A DNA stretch of 37,423 nucleotides, taken from positions 1 to 37,423 of the forward strand of contig JAQUNY010000001.1 in the NCBI GenBank assembly GCA_028717405.1, given 5' to 3'. Of the stretch, positions 1-9,329 are shown in pieces. Each line of letters starts with the position of its first letter. Positions within the stretch are counted from its first letter, which is position 1. The stretch is from Eubacteriales bacterium (GTDB lineage Bacteria > Bacillota > Clostridia > JAQUNY01). Below the pieces are notes generated by a model. The model saw only the letters and a list, made by a program, of their open reading frames with translations. It was not told where the DNA came from and did not search any database. The position numbers and the translations under genes are program-made.

Positions 1-43
1 TACATTTTTCATAATATGCCATTAAATGTGGCGCCTGCACGGG

Positions 44-1156
44 TCAAGAAGAGGGATAAGACTTGAAAATTCCTTCCGGAAGCGGCTTAGGCCTTTCGCA
101 GGAACTCTCCACTTCAACAACGGCACCTTTTTCCGCTGCATCATGAAATGCGTGCATTATATCCAGGATATGATAGGCCAGTTCTCCGGAAGGCCTGTTT
201 TTCCTGCCCCTGGCAATTGCACACGCCATGTCGGCGACGCCTATTCCCCTGCTGTTTTCAGAGAATCCATGTGTCAGAGGTTCCTGGACCCATTCCTTGC
301 CTTTTCCGCATACCTTAACTGTTCCGCCGAATGTATTGGGATCAGGAACATTTATTGACCCTTCCGATCCATAAATTTCAATACGCGGAAGGTTGGCTCC
401 CCCTCCCCAGACATCAAAGCTCGTTATTATTGTCCCGACAGCCCCGTTTTCAAATTCCATCAGCCCCGCTACATGCGTCGGTACATCCACTTTGATCTTC
501 GTTCCGTTTTTGGGTTCGCTGGTTATTGTCCTCTCCGGGAAGGTTATTCTCGTCATGCCACCTGCTTTTTTAACTGGTCCCATCATAGATACGAGAGCTG
601 TAAGGTAATAAGGACCCATGTCAAACATCGGGCCGCCACCCTTTTTGTAGTAAAACTCAGGATCCGGATGCCAGCTCTCATGCCCGTGACAGGTCATGAA
701 TGCAACGGCAGCAACTGGCTCTCCGATCCTGCCGTCAGCGATTATCTTCCTGCAGGTTTGTATCCCGCCTCCCATAAACGTGTCCGGAGCGCATCCCACA
801 AGCAGGTTTTTCTTTTCAGCCGCAGCTAAAATCCTTTTCCCGTCAGCACGGGTCACCGCAAGCGGCTTTTCAACATGAACATGCTTCCCCGCTTCAAGTG
901 CCGCGATACATATCTCCGCATGAGCCTGGGGTATGGTCAGGTTGAGCACTATATCAACATCAGGGTCTTTCAGCATATCTTCTAATGTATATACCTTTGG
1001 TACGCTGAATTCGGCAGCTTTTGCCTCTGCCCTCTCCCTGACAAGGTCAGCACATGAGACAATTTCCACAAGATCTCCAAAACACTGTTTAAGGTTTTTA
1101 AAATATATGCCGCTGATTTTTCCACAGCCGACTATTCCTACTCCCGCTTTTTTCAT
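44..1156 (-). CDS. Gfo/Idh/MocA family NAD(P)-dependent oxidoreductase (ThuB-like partner of the adjacent ThuA gene)
   Basis: 370-aa ORF. The N-terminal Rossmann motif VGIVGCGKISG and the EKPLA motif are typical of the family. The RBS GAGGGGAGAG lies upstream of the ATG at 1156. Only 45 nt separate it from the upstream ThuA gene on the same strand. Confidence 0.85.
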   Translation of the reverse strand: MKKAGVGIVGCGKISGIYFKNLKQCFGDLVEIVSCADLVRERAEAKAAEFSVPKVYTLEDMLKDPDVDIVLNLTIPQAHAEICIAALEAGKHVHVEKPLAVTRADGKRILAAAEKKNLLVGCAPDTFMGGGIQTCRKIIADGRIGEPVAAVAFMTCHGHESWHPDPEFYYKKGGGPMFDMGPYYLTALVSMMGPVKKAGGMTRITFPERTITSEPKNGTKIKVDVPTHVAGLMEFENGAVGTIITSFDVWGGGANLPRIEIYGSEGSINVPDPNTFGGTVKVCGKGKEWVQEPLTHGFSENSRGIGVADMACAIARGRKNRPSGELAYHILDIMHAFHDAAEKGAVVEVESSCERPKPLPEGIFKSYPSS

Positions 1157-1201
1157 ATCATCTCTCCCCTCTGAATTTGAAACCGATCTTAAATCGGGTC
1201 A

Positions 1202-1885
1202 TTAAAGCTGTACCGAGCCTACATCATTCATACAGGCTGCCCATGCGAAGCCTCTCTTCATGATCAGCAGCGCAGGTTCGATGTCAAAAACATCAGCATG
1301 ATGTCCGAGTGAATTGTAAAACACCCTGCCCTTGCCCCAGAATTTTGTCCATGCAACAGGCATATCCAAATGCCCGTTAGTATCATAAGGGCCTGGCGCC
1401 ACAGGGAAAGGAGTAGTTGCCAGCACATTTATCGCAGGGTCGATATGAAGGTAATACTGTTCGCTTACAACTTTGAAATCATTGATCCCTTCAATGATCG
1501 GGCTGGATCCCGGCTTTATATTGACCACATATTCTATGCCATTATTCCCCGGGTGTGCAACCCACTGCCCTCCGGTAACAAACTGCCACGTTGTGTTCTG
1601 TCTGAAAGCATCGCACATTCCCCCGTGGCATCCGGCCATTCCTGTACCTTCCCTGACTGCATCGGCAGCGCCTGCCGCCTGTTCCTTCGTTATCTCTCCC
1701 ATTGTCCAGACAGGTACTATCAGGTCCAGAGCCTTCATTTTTTCTTTATCAAGAAATGAATCGAGAGTTGTCGATATTTCGACATCAAACCCAAGAGATT
1801 TAAGCTCCCTGTCAAAAATAACCGTCACCTGGTCCGGCTCATGACCTGCCCATCCGCCTTTAACGATCAGTGCCTTTTTAGCCAT
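1202..1885 (-). CDS. ThuA domain-containing protein (trehalose-utilisation-like, class I glutamine amidotransferase-like fold)
   Basis: The translation KKALIVKGGWAGHEP...VPVWTMGEITKEQ...GCHGGMCDAF...GGQWVAHPG...VFYNSLGHH matches my recollection of ThuA family proteins. The ORF-track start at 1897 is a GTG inside the RBS. I prefer the ATG at 1885, which has AAGGTGG 8 nt upstream. Confidence 0.8.
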   Translation of the reverse strand: MAKKALIVKGGWAGHEPDQVTVIFDRELKSLGFDVEISTTLDSFLDKEKMKALDLIVPVWTMGEITKEQAAGAADAVREGTGMAGCHGGMCDAFRQNTTWQFVTGGQWVAHPGNNGIEYVVNIKPGSSPIIEGINDFKVVSEQYYLHIDPAINVLATTPFPVAPGPYDTNGHLDMPVAWTKFWGKGRVFYNSLGHHADVFDIEPALLIMKRGFAWAACMNDVGSVQL

Positions 1886-2036
1886 TTTTTCTTCCACCTT
1901 TCACTTCAGTATGATATGCAGGATCCGCGATGTCCCAGCCCCAACCCTGGCGCCTGTTAACATTCGATCCTGCTACTGCTCATTATATTTCAGCAGACGT
2001 TCCCGTTTATCTCAGATTTTGCTGATTGTTACTCAT

Positions 2037-2885
2037 TTATTGCTTTGCCTTGAATTGAGAGGGCGTACATCCATGCGTTTTCATGAAGACCCTGTTAAAT
2101 GTCTGAATACTGTTAAAACCTGCTTTAAAGGCTGCTTCTGTTACATTGCAGGCTGTGTTTGCCAGATACCACTCCGACTTAACGACCCTGTAACTGGTCA
2201 AATATTTGCCAAAACTCAGCCCTGTCGTTTTTTTAAACAGTCTGTCAAAATAATAAGCACTAAGATTGACACTGTCTGCCGCTTCCGCAAGAGTGATTTT
2301 CCCGGTATAATTTTTGTCGATATATTCAAATACACCGTTTATCCTGAGAAGGTCCGCCACGTTTTTCTCGCCTTCGGTGCGCCTGACAGATATCAACGCG
2401 GTATTTATATGCAATCCGGCAAGCAGCAGCAGCATTTCGGCTTTTACCATCTCGCGGTAAAATCCTTTTTTTGACTTAAATTCATCGATAATATTTTCGA
2501 TCCTTTTTTCAGGTTTATATGCCGCTGATGTTCCTGCCCTGTGAAATACGGTATTTCGCTCAAACAACTCAAAAAACTTTGCTTCATTCTTACGGTCTAT
2601 CCAGATATTCTGCAAAAAAAGTCTGGAATACCTTATAACAAGCACCTTTGAACCTTTTGCTCCAAATGCTTCAAAATAATGTACACATGCCGGGCTTATG
2701 AAAAGGATGTCTTCTTTTTGCATCTCATACGAGTTATTCCCGATCACCGCTTTTATACTGCCGTCAATGATATAAATGACTTCAAAATGCTCATGCCAGT
2801 GCGGAGGGTATTTCAAATCCTCAACTATTGTGAACCGCAGCGGGAAACTGCCGTTCAGCCTTATCTCCTGGTGTCTTGCGCTCAA
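2037..2885 (-). CDS. AraC family transcriptional regulator (N-terminal cupin sensor plus C-terminal AraC HTH)
   Basis: 282-aa ORF. It has a cupin-like N-terminus (PPHWHEHFEVIYIIDG) and a C-terminal AraC-type HTH (FDRLFKKTTGLSFGKYL...GFNSIQTFNRVFMKTHGCTPSQF). The start is a TTG with ACGGAGA 7 nt upstream. Confidence 0.85.
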   Translation of the reverse strand: MSARHQEIRLNGSFPLRFTIVEDLKYPPHWHEHFEVIYIIDGSIKAVIGNNSYEMQKEDILFISPACVHYFEAFGAKGSKVLVIRYSRLFLQNIWIDRKNEAKFFELFERNTVFHRAGTSAAYKPEKRIENIIDEFKSKKGFYREMVKAEMLLLLAGLHINTALISVRRTEGEKNVADLLRINGVFEYIDKNYTGKITLAEAADSVNLSAYYFDRLFKKTTGLSFGKYLTSYRVVKSEWYLANTACNVTEAAFKAGFNSIQTFNRVFMKTHGCTPSQFKAKQ

Positions 2886-2942
2886 AATGGCATCTCCGTC
2901 TTTCTTTTGTTGCAGCGCATCTTCTGCATATCATGCCTGGAT

Positions 2943-4124
2943 TCAGGTGATCTTCACTCCGCCGCAGGGAGTTACTATAAATGTGTTTTCTATCCCGACC
3001 ATACCTGCGCCTTCAATGCCTTTTTTCGGTTCTACTGCAATCACCATGTTTTCTTCAAGCGGTTCGTCAAAACCTTCGGCAATGACTGGATATTCATCCA
3101 CAAGAAGGCCCGTGCCATGTCCCAGGAATTTTACTGACCTTCTCCCAAAACCCATAAAATTAACCATAAACGAAGGTTCAAGTATACCCGTTATGTTTTT
3201 ATATATATCCGAAGGCGGCATCCCCGGTAAAAGCATGGCGGCTATTTCATCCTGTACTGCAATACACTTTTTATGTGCCTCGGCAGCCTCACGCGACATT
3301 TTTCCCTTATATACAAATACAACCGTTTTGTCTGTGTGATAACCATCAAGGCCGAAGGCTGCGTCAACAAATACCAGGTCCCCCTCTGCCAGCTTTGTTT
3401 CACGGTTTCCAAGCAGAGGAACTGCCGGACTCATTCCATAACCTCCTCCGGGTCCGTTGAAATACCCGGGATAAAGGGAGCTGATGCCAAATCCGATCTG
3501 CCCCACGATCATCTCGGTATCTGTCATTCCAAACCTTGATATGCCCTGATGTCCGTTTTTAACCATAGCAGTATATATTTTCAGGCCATAATCAACTTCG
3601 CTCATACCTTCAACGGCCAGCAGCGGTAATTCTTCTTCAAACAATTTTCTGTGTATTTTACCTGCCCTGATCAGAATATCAAGCTCATATGCGCTTTTCA
3701 CTGATCTGACCTCAAGGATCTGCCTGTCAAGGGGATAAGTTTGTCCAAAAACAAAATGTTTTTTAAGTCTGCCAAGCATTCCTTCAGTAACAAATTCAGC
3801 TTCAAGATGTACTTTAACAGGAAATCCGCCGTGTTTTTGATAGAAAGAAGCAGCATCTTTATATCTCGACATAGGCCTGATATCAGGGAACAGAGATTCA
3901 GCCACCGCCCTTTCATAGCTCTGCCTTACCCAGTATGTGGCTTCGCCGTCTCTTGGGATAACAAGCATCCCGTCCTGCATGGTCCCCGTAAAATAATACT
4001 GGTTGACTTTGCTTATAATGAAGGCAGTCTCCCAGTCCGTTTTATCAGCATCCATTTTTGCCCTGAATCTTACCATTCTCTGTTCCAGTTCCGCATAAGG
4101 AACTTTTTTAATTTCAAAAGCCAT
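2943..4124 (-). CDS. M24 family metallopeptidase (Xaa-Pro aminopeptidase or dipeptidase type with a creatinase-like N-terminal domain)
   Basis: 393-aa ORF. The C-terminal pita-bread fold shows metal-ligand context DLVFVDAAFGLDGYHTD, GHGTGLLVDEYP and VIAVEPK...G..G.ENT. The RBS AAGGAG lies 6 nt before the ATG. Confidence 0.8.
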   Translation of the reverse strand: MAFEIKKVPYAELEQRMVRFRAKMDADKTDWETAFIISKVNQYYFTGTMQDGMLVIPRDGEATYWVRQSYERAVAESLFPDIRPMSRYKDAASFYQKHGGFPVKVHLEAEFVTEGMLGRLKKHFVFGQTYPLDRQILEVRSVKSAYELDILIRAGKIHRKLFEEELPLLAVEGMSEVDYGLKIYTAMVKNGHQGISRFGMTDTEMIVGQIGFGISSLYPGYFNGPGGGYGMSPAVPLLGNRETKLAEGDLVFVDAAFGLDGYHTDKTVVFVYKGKMSREAAEAHKKCIAVQDEIAAMLLPGMPPSDIYKNITGILEPSFMVNFMGFGRRSVKFLGHGTGLLVDEYPVIAEGFDEPLEENMVIAVEPKKGIEGAGMVGIENTFIVTPCGGVKIT

Positions 4125-4172
4125 AGTGTACTCCTTATATCCCGGCTGACGGACACAATGCTTCCTTCAAGT

Positions 4173-5324
4173 CTAAAATCCTCTTGAACTCCCGCCGCCT
4201 CCGGATCTGCCTCCTCCACCGGAATGGCCGGCGCTTCTGGAATGCCCGCCGCTCACCCTGCCAGTACTACCGGATGATGTTCTACCCACAGCGGTCCGTA
4301 TCCTGCTGCTCCCGGATGGTCTTGAATAAGTCCTTCCGGTTAAACCGGAATTATCTATCCCGCTACCCAAGAAGCTGCTTCTCCTGGAACTGCCGCCGCC
4401 GCCTGAAAAGCCTCCGCCGCCTGAACGGCTGCTTCCAATCGAACCTCCTCCGCTTCTGCCACCGCCTCCCCATCTGCCGAAACTGATCAAAACTCTGAGA
4501 AGCGTCAGTGTGATATTCCCTCCGAAAAAACGGAAATCAAGAATAATGAAAATCACTGCAATAATAATGATGAGGGTTGAACTGAAAGGGCTCCCACCAC
4601 CGTTAACCGGGTATGGGCCGGTTTCAGCCTGCCCCGGAAGAGGTATCTTTACCTCGGCAGTTGCTGCAGGGACTGTCTGACCGTCCTTTTCCCATGCGCC
4701 ATCTGCAAGCCTGCTGAAACCATATTCCGTATATACGATGGGGATTATACTCTTAAATCCCTCAAGTATCCCTCCGCTATAATCACCATTCCTGAAAAAT
4801 GGTATCATTGATTCGTCTTGTATACGCCCGGTCCTGCCGTCCGGCAACGCACCCTCAAGACCGTACCCGACCTCTATTCTGGACTGTCTGCCGCCTTTAT
4901 CAAGCAGTATAAGGACACCATTATTATCTTTGCTGCTGCCGATCCCCCATTTTCTGAAGAGCTCTGTGGAATATTCTTCAAGCGCCTCCCCATCGAGTGA
5001 ATCGAGCGTTACCACTACTACCTGGGCTGTTGTTGCTTCTTCAAGTTTTTCAGCTTCCAGCATGATGTAACGTTCTGCAGCCTCATCTATTACATCGGCA
5101 AAATCATTCACATAGAATCCCGGCAAAGGATCCGGTATCAAGGCCTCTGCCGAAACAGAGACTGAAAATGCCCCTGTAAGAATCACCAACAGCAGGATGG
5201 ACATGTAAAATGCCAGAGCAATGGAAAGCACAGGTGTCTTCAGGCAGACTTTCATCTTTGTGCCTGTCATAAAGGTCTGCGATTTGTCTGTGCAGTTCAG
5301 CGTTCTCAAACCATGTTTTTTCAT
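4173..5324 (-). CDS. TPM domain-containing membrane protein (YgcG-like) with a long Gly/Ser/Arg-rich C-terminal tail
   Basis: 383-aa ORF. It has an N-terminal hydrophobic signal or anchor and a TPM-like core (YVNDFADVID...QVVVVTLDSL...WGIG...NGVLILLDKGGRQSRIEVGYGLEG). A second TM segment (LIIIIAVIFIILDF) is followed by a 100-aa G/S/R tail. It sits next to a LemA gene, which is the usual genomic partner. The exact start is uncertain; an alternative is Met24. Confidence 0.75.
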   Translation of the reverse strand: MKKHGLRTLNCTDKSQTFMTGTKMKVCLKTPVLSIALAFYMSILLLVILTGAFSVSVSAEALIPDPLPGFYVNDFADVIDEAAERYIMLEAEKLEEATTAQVVVVTLDSLDGEALEEYSTELFRKWGIGSSKDNNGVLILLDKGGRQSRIEVGYGLEGALPDGRTGRIQDESMIPFFRNGDYSGGILEGFKSIIPIVYTEYGFSRLADGAWEKDGQTVPAATAEVKIPLPGQAETGPYPVNGGGSPFSSTLIIIIAVIFIILDFRFFGGNITLTLLRVLISFGRWGGGGRSGGGSIGSSRSGGGGFSGGGGSSRRSSFLGSGIDNSGLTGRTYSRPSGSSRIRTAVGRTSSGSTGRVSGGHSRSAGHSGGGGRSGGGGSSRGF

Positions 5325-5380
5325 AAACTGCTCTTACTCTTAATATGCTTCATTTTTCCCCGCCAATATTTCCCCGGCAG

Positions 5381-5971
5381 TCATTCCCCGAATATGGCAC
5401 CTACATCCGGCTTATCCGCCGCTCCCTCCGATACCTCAAAATATTCAGCTTCCCTGAAGCCCATCAAGGGAGCATAAATACTCGCAGGGAAGCTCCTTAT
5501 AGCTGTATTGAATTCCTGTACTGCTTTGTTATAATCTCTTCTTGCGACAGCTATCCTGTTTTCTGTCCCTGCAAGCTCATCCTGCAAAAGCACAAAATTC
5601 CTGTTTGCTTCAAGCTCAGGATACCCTTCTGCAATAGCCAGGAGCCTGCCCAAGGATCTTGAGACTTCAGCACTTGCTTCAGCCATATCTGACAGCTGTG
5701 AAGCTCCCGCCAGTTCTGCCCTTGCCTCAGCTATGCTCTCAAACACAGCCGTTTCATGCGCCGCATAGTTTTTAACTGTTTCAACCAGGTTAGGTATCAG
5801 ATCACTCCTTCTCTGAAGCTGGTTGTCGATCTGGCTGAGTTCGCTTTTAACTTCCTCACGCATTTTTACCAGTCTGTTATATGACTTTCCCATGCCGGCA
5901 GACACAATCAGAATAACTATAGCTGCTGCGCCCAGTACAATAAGGCGATTCCTGGTCTTGTAGGTGATCAT
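5381..5971 (-). CDS. LemA family protein
   Basis: 196-aa ORF with a single N-terminal TM segment. The sequence YNRLV..RE.V....SQIDNQLQRRSDLIPNLVETVK.YA.HE...F..I..AR is characteristic of LemA. Confidence 0.85.
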   Translation of the reverse strand: MITYKTRNRLIVLGAAAIVILIVSAGMGKSYNRLVKMREEVKSELSQIDNQLQRRSDLIPNLVETVKNYAAHETAVFESIAEARAELAGASQLSDMAEASAEVSRSLGRLLAIAEGYPELEANRNFVLLQDELAGTENRIAVARRDYNKAVQEFNTAIRSFPASIYAPLMGFREAEYFEVSEGAADKPDVGAIFGE

Positions 5972-6013
5972 TCAGTACAAGCCTCCGTTCCCGCAAAATA
6001 AAGCGCTATCATG

Positions 6014-7051
6014 TTATTGCTCAAAACGCGTGCCTTTTTTTGCTTCAGTTATTACTCTTATGACTTCAAAAGCCTCATCAAGGCTTATCGGGAAAACCGA
6101 GTTTTCTCTTAAGGCCTTATATAACTCATCCCAGATATTGATTTTTACGGCTGGATCAACAGCTATCTCTTCCTCTTTCCATACAAGAACGTCTTTTGTC
6201 GAAAATGCGCCGTCCAGCAATGTACCGGGAAATGCCTCCCTCGCAGGGAGTATTGTTTCCGGATCAAGGTACTTGAGCCTGATCTTTTTACCATCGGATA
6301 CGAGGCTGCCCTTTGTGCCAAAAATCTGATACAGCGGACCGGGTATGGCAACTCCTCCGCTTATCTCCAGGTCCGCCACCCTCCCGTTTTCAGCTCTCAA
6401 TACTATTTTAAGGTGGTCTTCAGCATCTCCTGCAGCCGCTATTTGTTTTAAATCGCTGAAAATATCTTTGACAGGGCTTTCAAGGAAACGAAGGGCGTGA
6501 TCAACAATATGGGGACCCCAATTGAGCATCTGGCCACCGCCGAATTTCATGAGAGTCTGCCAGTCGTCCCTTCTTCCATAGCTGTGCCTTGCCAGTTTGA
6601 TTTCATACACATTTCCCAGGATCCCTGAAGCAATTATTTCCCTTATGTGCAGAAAATCAGGGTCAAATCTTCTGTTATGCCTGATATATAATCGGCCTGC
6701 CGAGGAAGTGTCCGCACTGCGAAGACGCATTGCCTGCGAATAGTTGAGACATGCCGGTTTTTCAAGGAAAACATCTTTCCCTGCCTCCAGTGCCATCAAA
6801 GCATGTTCCATATGGTCTGCCGACCTGGTCGCTATATCAGCCAGCTCAACCTCAGGATCCGCTATCAAATCCCTTATGTTATCATAGACTTTGCAGCCAT
6901 ATCTTTCTGCCATTTTTTGCCGTCTCTCGGGTATAAGATCGCAAGCCGCAACAATATTAAATTTATCCTTCATGTTTTCAAGCTCTTTACAGTGCATTGC
7001 CCATCCGGCACGTCCAATCCCTGCAATCCCGATTTTTACCGGTCTTTTCAT
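6014..7051 (-). CDS. Gfo/Idh/MocA family oxidoreductase
   Basis: 345-aa ORF with the Rossmann N-terminus KIGIAGIGRAG and the EKP motif (FLEKPACL). The RBS AGGAGG lies upstream. Confidence 0.85.
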   Translation of the reverse strand: MKRPVKIGIAGIGRAGWAMHCKELENMKDKFNIVAACDLIPERRQKMAERYGCKVYDNIRDLIADPEVELADIATRSADHMEHALMALEAGKDVFLEKPACLNYSQAMRLRSADTSSAGRLYIRHNRRFDPDFLHIREIIASGILGNVYEIKLARHSYGRRDDWQTLMKFGGGQMLNWGPHIVDHALRFLESPVKDIFSDLKQIAAAGDAEDHLKIVLRAENGRVADLEISGGVAIPGPLYQIFGTKGSLVSDGKKIRLKYLDPETILPAREAFPGTLLDGAFSTKDVLVWKEEEIAVDPAVKINIWDELYKALRENSVFPISLDEAFEVIRVITEAKKGTRFEQ

Positions 7052-7098
7052 TTCTGAAGCCTCCTGATTTTTTTTATTAAACAGCGCAGCTATTCACT

Positions 7099-7127
7099 AT
7101 TATACAAAACAGCAGATATGTTTACAA
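7099..7127 (-). promoter_or_regulatory. Candidate sigma-A promoter for the Gfo/LemA/TPM gene string
   Basis: On the minus strand, TTGTAA (7127..7122) is followed by a 17-nt spacer and TATAAT (7104..7099). This lies about 45 nt upstream of the ATG at 7051. The -35 element overlaps the recD2 stop codon. Confidence 0.4.
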
Positions 7128-9329
7128 GGATGAGAAAGAGCTCTGTGTGCCCTGGCAGAAACAACTGATTTTCTCTTTGAGCATTGTGTTGCGCAATCTT
7201 ATCTTATTATTCGAAACAGATATACTGACTGCTTTTTTTGTACCTACAAGGACAAAAGCTTTTCTTGCTCTGGTTATGCATGTGTAGAGGAGATTTCTCT
7301 GAAGCATAAGAAAATGCTGTGTCGTGAGCGGCGCAACGACTATGGGAAACTCACTTCCCTGGCTTTTATGAACAGTTGTCGCATATGCTACAACGAGCTC
7401 GTCCAGTTCATTTATATCATATTCGGTTTCATTGCCGTAAAAATCAGTGACAAGCGTCCTGTCTTCCATATCGATCCCGGTTATTATCCCGATATCTCCG
7501 TTAAAAACATTTTTTTCATAATTGTTTCTGATCTGCATTACTTTATCGCCAATCCTGTAATTCCTTCCTCCATACTGCAGAAAAGGCGCTCCTTCTTTTT
7601 TACTGTTAAGTGCCTCCTGAAGCATTTCATTCAACTTTACCGTACCGGTATCCCCCTTTTGCATGGGGCATAATACCTGAATGTCGCTTATTGGATCTGC
7701 GCTATAGTAAGGCGGTAGTCTCTTCGTGCAAAGCTCGGTGATAATTTCAGCCACCCTTGCAGGCTCACTCTCTTCAATAAAGAAAAAGTCGCTCTCAGAG
7801 CCGCCCTTCAGCCATGGCATCTCTCCCCTGTTTATCTTATGGGCGTTGGTAATAATTTTGCTTCCCATCGCCTGGCGGAATATCCTCTTGAGTTCGACAA
7901 CCTCAACTTTTCCGGATGAGATAATATCTCTGAGTACATTTCCGGGTCCTACAGAAGGCAGCTGATCGACGTCTCCCACAAGTATTACCGCAGCCTCGTC
8001 CGGCGTTGCCTTGAGAAGGTTATTCATTAAAACAATATCTACCATAGAAGTTTCATCAATTATGAGCACATCGCATTTCAGCGGATTGGAGGAATTGCGC
8101 TTATACCCTTCAGGTGGCTTATATTCAAGCAGCCTGTGTATCGTTTTTGCCTCGCTGCCCGTAGTCTCAGAAAGCCTTTTTGCCGCCCTTCCGGTTGGCG
8201 CAGCCAGCAGGCAGTCGGCTCCAAGCTTCCTGAAAACCTTCAGGATTGCCAAAGTAGTTGTCGTTTTCCCTGTGCCCGGTCCTCCGGTCAGGACCATGAA
8301 TTTTGACGCTGCCGCTTTCCTTATGGCATTTTTCTGTACATCGTCATATGAAAATCCGGCTTCTTTTTCTATATTTAAAATTATTTTATTGATGCTTCCG
8401 GCACTTTGCACCTGTACACGGCTTTTCCCGGCGATAATTTCGCTGATCCTTTTTGCCGTGCCTTCCTCGCTATAGAAAAATGCGGGAAGATATATTGCTT
8501 TACTGCCGGTTTCTTCATGATCCTGCGATATCAGGATTTTTTCATCAATGAGCCCGTCGATTGAAGCGCTTATCTGCCTCTCTTCCAATTGGAGTATTTC
8601 GGAACAGCGCGCGGACAGCTGGTCTCTGAACGCAAAACAATGTCCGTCATCAGAAAGCTCGCCAAGTGTGTAAACTATCCCCGCTTTGATCCTCTCAGGT
8701 GAGTCTCCTTCGTATCCCAGCTTTCCGGCTATCCTGTCGGCCGTTTTAAAGCCAATGCCCCAGATATCGTCGGCGAGCCTGAAGGGATTCTCCTTTACGA
8801 GATCTATACTGCGATTCCCATATCTTTTGAATATTTTTACGGCATAAGCAGTTGAGACGCCATGCCCCTGAAGGAATATCATGACATTCTTGATTTCTTT
8901 TTGTTCTTCCCATGCTGTCTTTATCTTTTCTATCCTGGAAGGGCCAAGGCCTTCGACTTCAGTAAGAAGGTCCGGCATCATATCCAATATTTTAAGAGTT
9001 TCCTCTTTAAAATGTCCCACTATTCTTCTGGCGAAAACCGGTCCGATACCTTTTATCAATCCGCTTCCCAGGTATTTTTCCAGTCCGGCTATAGTGGCAG
9101 GCAGAGTCTCTTTATAAAAATCGACACAAAACTGTGCACCAAACCTGCTGTCCGTTTTCCATTTACCGCTCAGCTCCAGAACCGAACCTATAGAGACGGA
9201 CGCCAGATTTCCAACCACAGTAACAAGGTCCTTATGTTCTTTAGCTTTGATCTTAATAACACAAAAACCGTTTTCCTCATTTGAAAATGTTATGCGTTCG
9301 ACGACGCCTGAAAGGCGTTCCATCAGCAT
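7122..9329 (-). CDS. recD2: ATP-dependent RecD2-like SF1B DNA helicase
   Basis: 735-aa ORF. The N-terminus L.G.VERITFSNEENGFCVIK, the HhH region, Walker A GGPGTGKTT, DETSMVD, VGDVDQLPSVGPG and the C-terminal TVHKSQGSE are all typical of RecD2. The start is 9329 or 9323; both overlap the stop of the upstream VOC gene. Confidence 0.88.
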   Translation of the reverse strand: MLMERLSGVVERITFSNEENGFCVIKIKAKEHKDLVTVVGNLASVSIGSVLELSGKWKTDSRFGAQFCVDFYKETLPATIAGLEKYLGSGLIKGIGPVFARRIVGHFKEETLKILDMMPDLLTEVEGLGPSRIEKIKTAWEEQKEIKNVMIFLQGHGVSTAYAVKIFKRYGNRSIDLVKENPFRLADDIWGIGFKTADRIAGKLGYEGDSPERIKAGIVYTLGELSDDGHCFAFRDQLSARCSEILQLEERQISASIDGLIDEKILISQDHEETGSKAIYLPAFFYSEEGTAKRISEIIAGKSRVQVQSAGSINKIILNIEKEAGFSYDDVQKNAIRKAAASKFMVLTGGPGTGKTTTTLAILKVFRKLGADCLLAAPTGRAAKRLSETTGSEAKTIHRLLEYKPPEGYKRNSSNPLKCDVLIIDETSMVDIVLMNNLLKATPDEAAVILVGDVDQLPSVGPGNVLRDIISSGKVEVVELKRIFRQAMGSKIITNAHKINRGEMPWLKGGSESDFFFIEESEPARVAEIITELCTKRLPPYYSADPISDIQVLCPMQKGDTGTVKLNEMLQEALNSKKEGAPFLQYGGRNYRIGDKVMQIRNNYEKNVFNGDIGIITGIDMEDRTLVTDFYGNETEYDINELDELVVAYATTVHKSQGSEFPIVVAPLTTQHFLMLQRNLLYTCITRARKAFVLVGTKKAVSISVSNNKIRLRNTMLKEKISCFCQGTQSSFSSL

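Noticed and set aside
4176-4475. GC-rich repetitive DNA (ccgccgcc / cctccgcc runs) that could be mistaken for a tandem repeat, a CRISPR-like array or a non-coding element.
   Set aside because: The repeats are degenerate, have no constant unit or spacer structure, and stay in frame as the Gly/Ser/Arg tail of the TPM-domain protein.
7122-9329. Interpreting the RecD-like helicase as part of a phage-defence system.
   Set aside because: The architecture is the standard housekeeping RecD2 type. No nuclease, methyltransferase, ATPase partner or mobile-element context is nearby.
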